Notes: generated from the sequence alone by a model not told the origin. A stretch of 64,000 nt of DNA from Thermoanaerobaculaceae bacterium (GCA_963717295.1 OY970330.1:7932822-7996821); one strand, 5' to 3'. Numbered from the stretch's first letter, positions 20,155 through 29,798 are shown. Program-made: numbers and translations.

Positions 20155-21530
20155 GTCGTCGCAACCTCGGCGACCCAGGCGGTCGCGTGTCCAGCCAGAC
20201 GGAAGCGCTGCTCGATTGTAATGCCCGGCACCCAGGCGATCCGTTCGCCGACGCACAGCAGCGGAAGCCGCTCCCGGGCCGCCCGCGGTATGCGGCGGTC
20301 GATGAGCACCTCCTTGAGCCGCCGGCTGCCGCCCGCTCCCAGGGGATGAATACGGTCCCCGGGCCGGCGGTTGCGGATCGTCACGCGATCTCCCTCCGCC
20401 AGGGGCAATGCAAGGCCGGCCCGGTACGGCGACCCCCGGAACATCCAGGGCTCGACCGCGCGGCGGCAGAGGCGCATCCTGACGGAGACCTCCGGGATGT
20501 CCAACTCTCCCGGAACCTCAAGAGTATAGGTGAAGTCGGGGACCGGTTTCCGCGTCTCGGCCGCGCGGCGCAGAACGAGGAGGCCGTCGCGGGCCTCCCA
20601 GCGCCAGCCGCCCCCGCAGTCGCTTGCCGTCCGCCCCGGCCCCCCCAACTGGCGCAGGAGCTCGGCGCGGGCCGCCGCCCCGGCGGGGTAGGGTGCTGCC
20701 GCGCGGCGGTGGAGCCAGGAGAGGGCGAACGGCCACAGCTCGGCCGGCAGCTTCTCGAGGTCCGCCCTCGGGACCGACACGCCGCCGTCCTCCGCCGAAA
20801 CCGTCAGCAGACCGGCGAGCCGGCGGTCGAGCGCGTCGCCCGCTGTGCGAGCGCGGCCGGCCAGGCGTGCCAGGCGGCAGGCGAGGTCCGGATCGGCCGG
20901 ATCGGTCGCATCGTTATCCTGGAGAGCCGGCAGCAGCCGGTGCCGCACCCGGTTGCGCGGCACGGCGAGGTCGCGGTTGGTGGGATCGTCGACCGGCGCG
21001 AGCCCTGCCGCCGAGACGGCGCCGCCGAGCTCGGCGCGCGGTACCTCGAGCAGGGGCCGCACCACCGTACCGTGCACGGGCCGGATGCCGGCCAGCCCCT
21101 CGACGCCGCTGCCGAAGAGGAGGCGCAGCAGCACGGTCTCGGCCTGGTCGTCCCGGTGGTGGGCCGTGGCCACCCAGCGGGCGCCCGCCGCCCGGCGCAC
21201 CTCTTCGAGGAACTCGTAGCGCGCCCGCCGCGCCGCCGCCTCGGGGCTCTCGCCGTCGAGGATCTCCCGCCGGGTGGCGATGAAGGGCACGCCCAGCCGG
21301 CCGGCGAGGCGCGCCGCCGCCGCCGCCCGGGCCGGCGAGCCGTCATCCATGGCATGATCGAGATGAGCCGCGAACAGGCGTAGCGCAAGCCGGGGGGCGA
21401 GCTCGGCCATGCCCCACAGCAGGGCCGTGGAATCGGGGCCGCCGGAGAAGGCCACGACGACGCCGTCCCCCGGGACGAGGAGGACACCGGGGGTCCGGAA
21501 GAAGCCCTCCAGGCGCTGAAGAAGATCCAT
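20151..21530 (-). CDS. tilS: tRNA(Ile)-lysidine synthetase
   Basis: N-terminal PP-loop SGGPDS and the TilS substrate-binding/C-terminal domains. Conserved tilS-hpt-ftsH arrangement. Confidence 0.85.
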   Translation of the reverse strand: MDLLQRLEGFFRTPGVLLVPGDGVVVAFSGGPDSTALLWGMAELAPRLALRLFAAHLDHAMDDGSPARAAAAARLAGRLGVPFIATRREILDGESPEAAARRARYEFLEEVRRAAGARWVATAHHRDDQAETVLLRLLFGSGVEGLAGIRPVHGTVVRPLLEVPRAELGGAVSAAGLAPVDDPTNRDLAVPRNRVRHRLLPALQDNDATDPADPDLACRLARLAGRARTAGDALDRRLAGLLTVSAEDGGVSVPRADLEKLPAELWPFALSWLHRRAAAPYPAGAAARAELLRQLGGPGRTASDCGGGWRWEARDGLLVLRRAAETRKPVPDFTYTLEVPGELDIPEVSVRMRLCRRAVEPWMFRGSPYRAGLALPLAEGDRVTIRNRRPGDRIHPLGAGGSRRLKEVLIDRRIPRAARERLPLLCVGERIAWVPGITIEQRFRLAGHATAWVAEVATT

Positions 21531-21545
21531 GAACGAGATTGAAAT

Positions 21546-21622
21546 TGGTGGCGGTGACGGGACTCGAACCCATGACCTAGCGGTTATGAGCCGCTCGCTC
21601 TAACCAACTGAGCTACACCGCC
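21546..21622 (-). tRNA. tRNA-Met (anticodon CAU), elongator-type (G1:C72); tRNA-Ile2 (lysidine) cannot be excluded
   Basis: Reverse complement GGCGGTGTAGCTCAGTTGGTTAGAGCGAGCGGCTCATAACCGCTAGGTCATGGGTTCGAGTCCCGTCACCGCCACCA gives a cloverleaf with a CTCATAA anticodon loop and encoded CCA. Confidence 0.85.
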
Positions 21623-21811
21623 GGGATTCGCAAGAAGGAAGGGATGGCGACCCCAGGAGAGGTGACAACCCTTCGGCGCGGGCGGATTATACCCGAGAGC
21701 GGCCAGGATGGAAGCCGCGTCTGCGGAAATGCGGGGCAATCGCCTGAAAATACGAAGGGCGCCCGGACAGGCGCCCTTCACTCCCCCCATGGGGCGGCCT
21801 CGCTCGCAGAT

Positions 21812-22138
21812 TTAACGCATAACTTCCTGGCAACTACGGAATTGACCGAAGAACTCCTGCATCGACGTCGACAGTGCATTGTCGTTCAGACGGTAGATCA
21901 CATTCTGGCCCTGGCGCTGGTCGACGACCAGCTCCGCCTCTTTGAGCACCGACAGGTGACGGGAGATCGTGGGCTGGGAAAGATTGAAGTTCCCGACGAT
22001 CTCGCCGACCGTGCGTTGGCGCCCTTCGAGGAGCCGCAAGATCTCCTGTCGTGTGCCGTCCGACAGAGCCTTGAAGACTTTGGTCAGATGCCTTTCCTCA
22101 CGTCTGAAGTCATGGGTGACGCGGTCCAAGTTTGCCAT
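21812..22138 (-). CDS. ArsR/SmtB-family HTH transcriptional regulator
   Basis: MANLDRV...ALSDGTRQEILRLLEGRQRTVGEIVGNFNLSQPTISRHLSVLKEAELV, an ArsR winged helix. Confidence 0.75.
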   Translation of the reverse strand: MANLDRVTHDFRREERHLTKVFKALSDGTRQEILRLLEGRQRTVGEIVGNFNLSQPTISRHLSVLKEAELVVDQRQGQNVIYRLNDNALSTSMQEFFGQFRSCQEVMR

Positions 22139-22339
22139 GTCCGTCTTTCTCCTTCGAGCGGGGTTACATATAGGCCGCCTTCGATGGATAGAGTGTAACG
22201 GGATGCGGATTGAAAGATACTTGATACTGCATGGCAAACAATGCAGATGGCTGCTCAATTAGTGAGCATACAGGTGCAAACTTCTCTATAAACAAAAAGT
22301 TAGGTCGAACCTCGTGTAGCTTTAGCAGGTAGCCTGAGT

Positions 22340-22380
22340 CGAGAAAACGTGACAAGGCTCCTCGTCGAGGAGCCTTGCCG
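22340..22380 (-). terminator. rho-independent terminator downstream of sodA
   Basis: Hairpin AAGGCTCCTCG-T-CGAGGAGCCTT; U-rich tract on the minus-strand transcript. Confidence 0.5.
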
Positions 22381-22409
22381 GAGTGTTTTGGGGGGGTGCC
22401 CCGGGAGGA

Positions 22410-23021
22410 TCAGCCGCGGGCTTTGCCGTAGCGTTGGGCCACCGCGGGCCAGTTGACGGTGTTCCACCAGGCGGCGAGGTAGTCGGGCCGCTTGTTCTGG
22501 TACTTCAGGTAGTAGGCATGCTCCCAGACGTCGATGCCCAGGATGGGCGTCTTGCCCTCCATCAGCGGGCTGTCCTGGTTGGGCTTGGCGACGACCTCAA
22601 GCTTGCCGCCACTCGCCACCAGCCAGCCCCAGCCGGAGCCGAACTGGTTGGCCGCGGCGTTGGTCAGCTTCTCCTTGAAGGCCTCGAAGCTGCCGAAGGC
22701 CTGCGTCAAGGCATCCGCCAGGTCGCCCGCGGGGGCGCCGCCGCCGTGCGGGCCCATGATCTCCCAGAAGAGGGAGTGGTTGGCGTGGCCGCCGCCGTGA
22801 TTGCGCACGGCGGTGCGGATCGCCTCGGGCACGCTGTCGAAACCGCGCAGCAGATCCTCCACGGACTTCGCCTGCAGCTCGGGATGGCTGGCGAGAGCCT
22901 CGTTGAGCTTGGTGACGTAGGTTGCATGGTGCTTGTCGTGATGGATCTCCATCGTCTTGGCGTCGATGTGGGGCTCCAGCGCGTCGAAGCCGTAGGGCAG
23001 AGCAGGCAACTGATAGGCCAT
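22410..23021 (-). CDS. sodA: superoxide dismutase (Fe/Mn family)
   Basis: [32 protein letters not shown]...DVWEHAYYL with all four metal ligands. Confidence 0.9.
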   Translation of the reverse strand: MAYQLPALPYGFDALEPHIDAKTMEIHHDKHHATYVTKLNEALASHPELQAKSVEDLLRGFDSVPEAIRTAVRNHGGGHANHSLFWEIMGPHGGGAPAGDLADALTQAFGSFEAFKEKLTNAAANQFGSGWGWLVASGGKLEVVAKPNQDSPLMEGKTPILGIDVWEHAYYLKYQNKRPDYLAAWWNTVNWPAVAQRYGKARG

Positions 23022-23248
23022 AAGTCACTTCCCTCCTTGGTTTGAAGTCGGGTGGCCGCGGCGGGACCGGACGGGTCGCCGGCACGGTTGAAGGCGGGGG
23101 GCGGGGAGTGGTTGGGATTCGCCTCCCGGCCACGGCTATTCTTACAGAAATTGTCTTCTGGAAATACCCGCGCAGAATCGCCGCAAAAAAGCGAAGGCCC
23201 CCGCGAAGGGGGCCCGGAGGATCGATGGGCTTGAGGAGGGGGTGCGCG

Positions 23249-23404
23249 TCAGCGCAGCTTCTCTTCCACGAACTCCACGTGCTTGCGGACCTTGGGGTCG
23301 TACTTCTTCATCCGCAGCTTCTCGGTGGAGAGCTTCTTGTTCTTCGACGTGGTGTAGAAGTAGCCGGTACCAGCCGACGAAACCAACTTGATCTTCTCGC
23401 GCAT
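23249..23404 (-). CDS. rpmG: 50S ribosomal protein L33
   Basis: 51-aa [54 protein letters not shown]. It falls below the ORF-track cutoff and was found by manual translation. Confidence 0.8.
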   Translation of the reverse strand: MREKIKLVSSAGTGYFYTTSKNKKLSTEKLRMKKYDPKVRKHVEFVEEKLR

Positions 23405-23449
23405 CTTGAGGTCTCTCTTCTATCTAGACGATTCTAGGAAGCGATGGAT

Positions 23450-23526
<77 letters not shown>

Positions 23527-23591
23527 GCAAAGAGCTTTACTGCCTTGAGCAACTGCTTGAACAACTTCCGCGGCGGTCTCCCTCGACCTCA

Positions 23592-23667
23592 TGGTGGGAG
23601 GTGAGGGATTCGAACCCGCGACCCCCTGCGTGTAAGGCAGGTGCTCTAACCGCTGAGCTAACCTCCC
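23592..23667 (-). tRNA. tRNA-Val (anticodon UAC)
   Basis: Reverse complement GGGAGGTTAGCTCAGCGGTTAGAGCACCTGCCTTACACGCAGGGGGTCGCGGGTTCGAATCCCTCACCTCCCACCA. Confidence 0.85.
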
Positions 23668-23686
23668 CTGCCGCCAAGGAGCGCCA

Positions 23687-23715
23687 ATGATAGGGAAGGG
23701 CGCAGGGGTTGTCAA
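23687..23715 (-). promoter_or_regulatory. sigma-70-like promoter for the tRNA-Val/tRNA-Asp/rpmG transcript
   Basis: Minus strand TTGACA-17nt-TATCAT, about 20 nt upstream of the tRNA-Val 5' end. Confidence 0.45.
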
Positions 23716-23860
23716 CGGGCTTGTGGCTCCGGGGGCGGCTCGGGTATAAAGAGAGCTCCCCGCTTGCCGCACCGGGCTCGTCCTCAAATCGAGGGCCCGG
23801 GATTCCGCCGTTCCCTTTTCGTCGCCGCTTCTCTCTCCTTTCCCGCGAGGAGAGAAGGCC

Positions 23861-24544
23861 ATGCCGCCATTGAAGGGGAAGCGCCGCCGGGACCGGCGGC
23901 GCGAGGATCTGTACGAGTCTTCCTGGGAGGATCTGGTGGGCCGCTACGGCCACCATTTGCGCGGCCAGGTGCGCTGGTCGCTCTACCGCGCCGGCGTCAG
24001 CGCCGAGCCGGACCAGGTGGAGGATCGGGTGCAGGAGGTCTACTGCCGCCTGTTGCCGGGAGGCACGCCGCTGCTGCGGCAACTCCGCCGGTGGAGCGAG
24101 GTGCAGGTCGTGCGCTACCTGGGCCGCATCGCCCGGCGGGTGGTGTGCGACGAGAAGCGGGCCGCCCAGGCGGTCAAGCGCGGAGCCGGTTGCGAGATCG
24201 CCCTCGCCGGGCGCTTGGCCGAGCTCGCCAACCGGCTCGTCGACTCCCGCGGCACACCCGAGGAGCTCGCCATGCTCGCCGAGGCCCGCCGCGCCCTGCT
24301 CGCCCGCTGCCGCCGGCTGGCCTCGGCGTCCATGTACGCCGAGGACCGCCAGCGCAACCTGCGCGTTCTGCGCTGGGCTTTCGTCGAGGGTTGGAGCAGC
24401 CGGGAGATCGTGCGCGCCGAAGGCGGCCTCCTGGCGGTCAGCACCGTCGACACCCTCGTCCATCGGGCTCGGCGGCGCCTGGGCGACGGCTTCACCCTGC
24501 CCATCCGGACGCGCGACAGGAGCGATATGATCGGCGCGCCATGA
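23861..24544 (+). CDS. sigma-70-family (ECF-like) protein with region-2 and region-4 signatures
   Basis: VEDRVQEVYCRLL (region 2-like) and WAFVEGWSSREIVRAEGGLLAVSTVDTLVHRARRRL (region 4 HTH-like). Stop overlaps the next gene's ATG. Confidence 0.45.
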   Translation: MPPLKGKRRRDRRREDLYESSWEDLVGRYGHHLRGQVRWSLYRAGVSAEPDQVEDRVQEVYCRLLPGGTPLLRQLRRWSEVQVVRYLGRIARRVVCDEKRAAQAVKRGAGCEIALAGRLAELANRLVDSRGTPEELAMLAEARRALLARCRRLASASMYAEDRQRNLRVLRWAFVEGWSSREIVRAEGGLLAVSTVDTLVHRARRRLGDGFTLPIRTRDRSDMIGAP

Positions 24545-25503
24545 TCCGCATCTTCACCGCGGCCGCCTGCCGCGAGCACCGCACCCCGCCCGGCTATCCG
24601 GAGAAGCCGGAACGGCTGGCCGGCGTGGTGGCCGGGCTGCGGGAGGGCGGCTGGACGTTCGCTGAAGGCGAGGAAGGCGGAGACGGCCTCGGCGATCCGT
24701 CCCCGGTCCGCGAGGCGGTGCTCGCGGTTCACGACGCGGTCTACGTCTCCCGTTTCGAGCGCGCCGTCGGCCGCGGCGACTCGCTCCTCGACTCGGCGGA
24801 TAACCCGCTGTCCCCCGGTACCTGGCGGGCCGCCTGGGCGGCGGCCTCGGCCGCGGTGGCGGCGGCGGACTGGGTGGCGGCCGGCGGCGACCGCACGGCG
24901 CTGGCCGTGGTCCGTCCCCCGGGCCACCACGCCGAGCGCTCGACCGCCATGGGCTTCTGCTTCTTCAACAACGTCGCCGTCGCCGCCGAGCACCTGCGCC
25001 GCCTGGGCGCCTCGCGGGTGGCGATCTTCGACTTCGACGTCCACCACGGCAACGGCACCCAGCACCTCTTCGAGGCGCGCTCCGACGTCCTCTATGCCAG
25101 CACCCACCAATATCCCTTCTACCCCGGCACCGGCGCCGCGAGCGAGACGGGCGTGGGCGCCGGCGAGGGCTTCACGGTCAACGTCCCCCTGCCCGCCGGC
25201 ACCGGCGACGAGGGCTTCGCCGAGGCGATCGAGAGTCGCATCCTCCCCGCCCTGCGGCGCTTCGCCCCCGACGTCCTCCTGCTCTCCGCCGGCTTCGACG
25301 CCTGGCAGGCGGACCCCCTGGGCGGCATGCGCGTCACCCGCGACGGCTTCCGCGTCTGGGGCGACCGGTGCGCGAAGCTGGCGGCGGAGATCTGCGGCGG
25401 CCGCGTCCTCGCCCTGCTCGAAGGGGGCTACGACCTGCGCAACCTGCCGGGTCTCGTCGAGGGCCATCTGGAAGGGCTGGCGGGCGGGCGTCCCACCCTA
25501 TAG
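24541..25503 (+). CDS. histone deacetylase-family protein (HDAC/AcuC/acetylpolyamine amidohydrolase fold)
   Basis: RPPGHHA, DFDVHHGNGTQ, YPGTG, LEGGY. All are arginase/deacetylase-fold metal-site motifs. Confidence 0.8.
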   Translation: MIRIFTAAACREHRTPPGYPEKPERLAGVVAGLREGGWTFAEGEEGGDGLGDPSPVREAVLAVHDAVYVSRFERAVGRGDSLLDSADNPLSPGTWRAAWAAASAAVAAADWVAAGGDRTALAVVRPPGHHAERSTAMGFCFFNNVAVAAEHLRRLGASRVAIFDFDVHHGNGTQHLFEARSDVLYASTHQYPFYPGTGAASETGVGAGEGFTVNVPLPAGTGDEGFAEAIESRILPALRRFAPDVLLLSAGFDAWQADPLGGMRVTRDGFRVWGDRCAKLAAEICGGRVLALLEGGYDLRNLPGLVEGHLEGLAGGRPTL

Positions 25504-25516
25504 ATAAACGCCAATA

Positions 25517-25545
25517 TTGACTTTCCCGTCGCATCTCAATAAAAT
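25517..25545 (+). promoter_or_regulatory. candidate sigma-70 promoter upstream of the triple-repeat secreted protein gene
   Basis: TTGACT-17nt-TAAAAT in an AT-rich intergenic stretch. About 115 nt upstream of the ATG at 25662. Confidence 0.4.
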
Positions 25546-25661
25546 CCCTGAAAGCTCAGGTAATACTTTAAGGTTGACCCTCTAGGTCTGCGTCTTTCGG
25601 CTGTTTCCGGCGATTCACACCGTAGGTTGCAGGGCGGAGTGGTTGTGGAGGAGGTAGGAGC

Positions 25662-26909
25662 ATGAAGCGCAAAGTCATCCTGTCCGTGCTCGCCGGGGTC
25701 CTGCTCTGCGTGGCCCCAACTCTCGCGGCGGCGCCTTTCGGCTGGTTCGGCGGCGTCCTGGGAGCCGTCGACAACGGCGGCTCGGCGATCATTCCGGTGG
25801 CCGGCTGGGCGCTGGACGACGGCGGCGTCAAGGACGTGGACATCCTGGTGGATGGATCGCTCGTGGGCCGAGCCTTCTACGGCCTGTCCTGGGAAGGTGT
25901 CGCCGCGAGATATCCCAACTTTCCGGACTCGGCGCTTCCCGGCTTCGGCTATTTTCTCGACACCTCCCACTACCTGAACGGCCTGCACACCGTGCAGCCC
26001 AGGGTACGCAGCAAGGCCGGCGAGGTGACCCTGCTCGAGCCTCGGGTGATTCAGTTCACCAACAACGAGGCCACCATGCTGCCGTTCGGCGCCATCGACT
26101 TTCCCAAGGCCCAGGCCGAGCTGCGCGGCACCTGCACCCCCACTCCGCTGACCCGGAAGCGCTTGAGCGTCGTCTCCGGCTGGGCCCTGGACGCCGGCAA
26201 CACCCCCCAGGACTACGGCGTCGGCTACGTGCAGCTCCTCATCGACCGCGCCGTGGCCTTCGACTCCGACCTCGACTGCTTCTCCAGCCCCCTCACCGGC
26301 GGCCTGGCCGAGTGCTACGGCCTGCTGCGGCAGGACATCGAGAGGCAGTATCCCAGCCTCAAGGACAGCCCCCACAGCGGCTTCCGCTTCGTCCTCGACA
26401 TCGGCTCGTTGCTGCCCGCCCCCGGCCAGCTCCCTTCCGAGGCTCCGTACAGTGAGGGCGCGCACCTCCTGACCATCCGCGCCGGCGATCACGCCAACAA
26501 CGCCCGCAACATCGCGGAGATCCCCGTCACCTTCTCGTGCGACGAGGACAACGCGAACGAGAACTCGTTCGGCGACATCGACGTGCCGCTCAACGGGCAC
26601 ATCTACAGAGGTGTGATCACGACCAGCGGCTGGGCCCTGGACTGGGATGGAGTCAAGGCGGTCTTCATTCAAGTGGACGGCACCACAGTAGGCACCGCCA
26701 CCTATGGTTTCCCGCGGACGGACGACGAGCTGGCTTTCCATCCCGGCTACCCGAACAGCCCGGGCCCCGGCTGGCGGTTCTCCTTCGACACCCGCCAGTT
26801 CTCCAACGGCGAGCACTCGCTCGACGTGGTGGTGCTCGACGACTCCACCCCACCCGGAATCAACACCTACATCGGCAAGCGCCGGTTCGTGATCGGCAAC
26901 GACCTGTAG
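25662..26909 (+). CDS. secreted protein with three internal ~130-aa repeats
   Basis: Signal peptide MKRKVILSVLAGVLLCVAPTLAAA. Three copies of a GWALD..V..VDG..VG.A.YG..R.D....YP.....PG..F..DT...NG.H domain. No catalytic motif recognised. Confidence 0.6.
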   Translation: MKRKVILSVLAGVLLCVAPTLAAAPFGWFGGVLGAVDNGGSAIIPVAGWALDDGGVKDVDILVDGSLVGRAFYGLSWEGVAARYPNFPDSALPGFGYFLDTSHYLNGLHTVQPRVRSKAGEVTLLEPRVIQFTNNEATMLPFGAIDFPKAQAELRGTCTPTPLTRKRLSVVSGWALDAGNTPQDYGVGYVQLLIDRAVAFDSDLDCFSSPLTGGLAECYGLLRQDIERQYPSLKDSPHSGFRFVLDIGSLLPAPGQLPSEAPYSEGAHLLTIRAGDHANNARNIAEIPVTFSCDEDNANENSFGDIDVPLNGHIYRGVITTSGWALDWDGVKAVFIQVDGTTVGTATYGFPRTDDELAFHPGYPNSPGPGWRFSFDTRQFSNGEHSLDVVVLDDSTPPGINTYIGKRRFVIGNDL

Positions 26910-27013
26910 GCCGCCCTTCCAGTCGGGCCCCTCCAGACGCCCCGCCGGAACCCGGCGGGGCGTTTTTCATGCTCTCGGGCCATGTTTTTTTGCCGGTGCT
27001 ATCCTTCGCGCGG

Positions 27014-27958
27014 ATGTCTGCGATCGACCGGATCCTCTTCTTCGGCACGCCTGAATTCGCGGTTCCCACCCTTGCGGCCCTCGTGGCGGCCGGGCGGGTG
27101 CCCGTGCGCGTCGTCACGCAACCGTCGCGCCCGGCGGGACGCGGCCAGCGGCCGCTGGACCCGCCCGTGGCCCGCTGGGCGCGCGAGCAGGGAATCCCGG
27201 TGTCGCAGCCCGAGCGCGTGCGCGAACCCGCATTCCTGGAGGAACTGGCCTCGCTGGCTCCCGACCTTGCCGTCGTGGTCGCCTTCGGGCAGATCTTCCC
27301 GCGCGCGCTGCTCGGCCTGCCGCGCCTCGGTTGCGTCAATCTCCACGCCTCGCTGTTGCCACGCTGGCGCGGCGCCTCGCCCATCCAGGCCGCCGTGGCG
27401 GCCGGCGACGCGCGCACCGGGGTATCCACGATGTTGATGGAGGCGGGGCTGGACACCGGTCCCATCCTCCTCGAAGAGGCGACGGAGATCGGCGCTCAGG
27501 AGACGGCCGGCGAGCTCTCCCACCGGCTGGCCGAGGCCGGCGGGCGACTCATGGTGCGAACCCTGCAAGAGCTGGAGGGCGAGCGGCTCGTACCCCGGCC
27601 CCAGTCGCCGGAAGGGGCCACCTACGCGCCACGCCTGACCCGCGAGAGCGGCCGCATCGACTGGTCGCTCGCCGCGCTGGAGATCCACCACCGGCTCCGC
27701 GCCTACACGCCCTGGCCGGGGCTCGCCGCCGAGCTGCGGGACGCGCCGGTGAAGATCTCGGCGGCGGAGGGGATGGAGGGCGGAACGCAGGAGGCTCCTG
27801 GAACGTATCTGGGGTTGCGCGGCGGGCGGCTGGCGGTGGCCTGCGGTAACGGCACCACTCTTGGCATCGCGGAGCTGCAGCGCCCGGGCAAGCGGGCTCT
27901 TCGCGCTTCCGATTTCGCCAACGGCGAGCGCCTGAAGGTTGGAGAGAGGTTCTCCTGA
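27014..27958 (+). CDS. fmt: methionyl-tRNA formyltransferase
   Basis: ILFFGTPEFAVPTL..., the formyltransferase SLLP motif (NLHASLLPRWRG), and the C-terminal tRNA-binding domain. Confidence 0.85.
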   Translation: MSAIDRILFFGTPEFAVPTLAALVAAGRVPVRVVTQPSRPAGRGQRPLDPPVARWAREQGIPVSQPERVREPAFLEELASLAPDLAVVVAFGQIFPRALLGLPRLGCVNLHASLLPRWRGASPIQAAVAAGDARTGVSTMLMEAGLDTGPILLEEATEIGAQETAGELSHRLAEAGGRLMVRTLQELEGERLVPRPQSPEGATYAPRLTRESGRIDWSLAALEIHHRLRAYTPWPGLAAELRDAPVKISAAEGMEGGTQEAPGTYLGLRGGRLAVACGNGTTLGIAELQRPGKRALRASDFANGERLKVGERFS

Positions 27959-27972
27959 GCGGTCAGAATCGA

Positions 27973-29379
27973 ATGTCGAAGCGTCACTTCGCTCCACCCG
28001 CCCACGCCCAGACCGACGCCGGCCGGGGCCGGGCGCCCCGGCGTACGCCGCAGGACAACGTGCGTGCCGCCGCCGCCTGGGTGCTGGAACGCACGCTCCA
28101 GTCGCTGGCGCCGGCCGACTCGTTCCTCGACAGCGCCCTGCCGCGCTTCGACGACCGCGATCAGGGCCTGCTGCGCGAGCTGGTGATGGGGAGCCTGCGC
28201 TGGCTGCGCCGCCTCGACCACATCATCGGGGTGGCGAGCAACCGCTCCTTCTCGCAGATCGAGGCGCCGCTGCACGCGCCGCTGCGGGTGGCGGTCTACC
28301 AGCTCCTGTTCCTCGACCGCGTGCCCGCTCACGCCGCCGTGCACGAGGCCGTGGAGCAGGCACACCAGATCACCCACCGCGGCGGCGCGAGCTTCGTCAA
28401 CGGCGTGCTGCGCCGTATCGCCCGGGCGCCGCGCCTGGAGGACTGGCCCGTCGAGGAGGCCGACTTCGTGCGCCGGCTGGCGATCGAGAAGAGCCATCCC
28501 GACTTTTTGGTGGCGCGCTGGCTGGAGCGTTTCGGTTCCGCGCGCACCCTCGAGCTGCTCGACGCCAACAACCGCGCCAGGCCCATGCAGGTGCTCGCCT
28601 TCCGCGACCGCGGCGGGCGCGAGCTGCTGGCCGAGGCGCTGATCGACGAGGGCATGGAGGTGGAGCCCGCCACCCTCTCGCCGCTGGGCCTCATCGTGCG
28701 CCGCGGCAATCCCCTGACCTCGGGCGCCTTCCAGCGCGGCGAGCTCTACGTGCAGGACGAAGCGAGCCAGGCCGCCGCCCTCATTCCGCCGCCGCGGCCG
28801 GGCGAGTCCATCTTCGATGCCGCCGCGGCGCCGGGCGGCAAGAGCTTCTCCCTGCTCGCCGCCGAGCCGACGGTGAAGCTCACCCTGGCCGACGTCTCCC
28901 TGGGCCGGGCTCACGCCCTGCGCGCCAACCTGAAGCGGCTGCGCCGTCCCCTGCTGCCGCTGGCGATGGCCGATGCCGGCGCGCCGCCGTTCACGCGGCC
29001 GTTCGACCGTGTCGTGCTCGACCTTCCCTGTACCGGCACGGGAACGCTGCGCCGGCATCCGGAGATCAAGTGGCGCATCAGCGAAGGGGAGATCGGCCGC
29101 CTGTCGCGGCAGGCCCTGCGGCTGCTGGAGGGGGCCGCGCCGGTGGTGGCTCCGGGGGGCCTGCTGGTCGCCATCACCTGCTCGCTGGAGCGCGAGGAGA
29201 ATGAGGAGGTGACGGCACGCTTTTTAGCAACTCATCCAGAATTCGCCCCGCTGCCGCTCGACGGTCTGCTCGAAAAGCCAGTGGCCGCTGGAGTCACGGG
29301 TCCGGGAGCCTGGCGCATCCTCACCGGCGCGGACCACGACGGCTTCTCCGTCCAGGTGCTCGCGAAAGCCCGGATCTAG
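27973..29379 (+). CDS. rsmB: 16S rRNA (cytosine967-C5)-methyltransferase RsmB/Sun
   Basis: N-terminal NusB-like domain, SAM motif DAAAAPGGKS, catalytic DLPCTGTGTLRRHPE and ITCSLEREENE motifs. Classic fmt-rsmB pair. Confidence 0.85.
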   Translation: MSKRHFAPPAHAQTDAGRGRAPRRTPQDNVRAAAAWVLERTLQSLAPADSFLDSALPRFDDRDQGLLRELVMGSLRWLRRLDHIIGVASNRSFSQIEAPLHAPLRVAVYQLLFLDRVPAHAAVHEAVEQAHQITHRGGASFVNGVLRRIARAPRLEDWPVEEADFVRRLAIEKSHPDFLVARWLERFGSARTLELLDANNRARPMQVLAFRDRGGRELLAEALIDEGMEVEPATLSPLGLIVRRGNPLTSGAFQRGELYVQDEASQAAALIPPPRPGESIFDAAAAPGGKSFSLLAAEPTVKLTLADVSLGRAHALRANLKRLRRPLLPLAMADAGAPPFTRPFDRVVLDLPCTGTGTLRRHPEIKWRISEGEIGRLSRQALRLLEGAAPVVAPGGLLVAITCSLEREENEEVTARFLATHPEFAPLPLDGLLEKPVAAGVTGPGAWRILTGADHDGFSVQVLAKARI

Positions 29380-29479
29380 GCGGTCCGCACGCGTTCCGGC
29401 TGTATTGACAGCCCCCCCGCGTTGCCTTATCGTTTCTGGCAGTCACTTTCGTTCAAAAAAACGACTAAGGAGGAGAGAG

Positions 29480-29782
29480 ATGGCTGGTAAGGCTGACCTG
29501 GTGAATAGCATTGTGGACGCCGTAGAGGGCATTTCCCGGCGGCAGGCCACCGCGGCATTCGAAGCAGTGTTCTCGGCAATCACGGACGCGCTGAAGGCTG
29601 GCGAGTCCGCCAAGGTTCCCGCCTTCGGCAGTTTCGGTGTCGCCGAGCGCGGGGCACGCAAGGGTCGCAATCCCGCGACGGGCGAGGCCATCACGATCAA
29701 AGCCAGCAAGACCGTCCGCTTCAAGGCCGGCAAAGAGCTCAAGGAGACCGTCAACATCAAGAAGCGGGGCCGGAAGTCCTGA
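29480..29782 (+). CDS. hup: DNA-binding protein HU
   Basis: MAGKADLVNSIVDA...FGSFGVAERGARKGRNPATGEAITIKASKTVRFKAGKELKE. RBS AAGGAGGAG. Confidence 0.85.
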   Translation: MAGKADLVNSIVDAVEGISRRQATAAFEAVFSAITDALKAGESAKVPAFGSFGVAERGARKGRNPATGEAITIKASKTVRFKAGKELKETVNIKKRGRKS

Positions 29783-29798
29783 CTTCTTCGTTCTCCTG

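Noticed and set aside
22140-22400. Possible small RNA or riboswitch in the AT-rich arsR-sodA intergenic region
   Set aside because: Only a sodA terminator hairpin and a partial palindrome (CTGCATGGCAAACAATGCAG, a plausible ArsR operator) are visible. No riboswitch consensus was recognised.
23764-25503. 579-aa ORF spanning the sigma-like and HDAC-like genes
   Set aside because: The upstream two-thirds is an out-of-frame reading. The HDAC-like gene starts at 24541, overlapping the stop of the separate upstream gene.
26537-27958. 473-aa ORF suggesting a longer fmt
   Set aside because: Only the last ~315 aa match Fmt (start MSAIDRILFFGTPEFAVP at 27014). The upstream part overlaps the repeat-protein gene out of frame.
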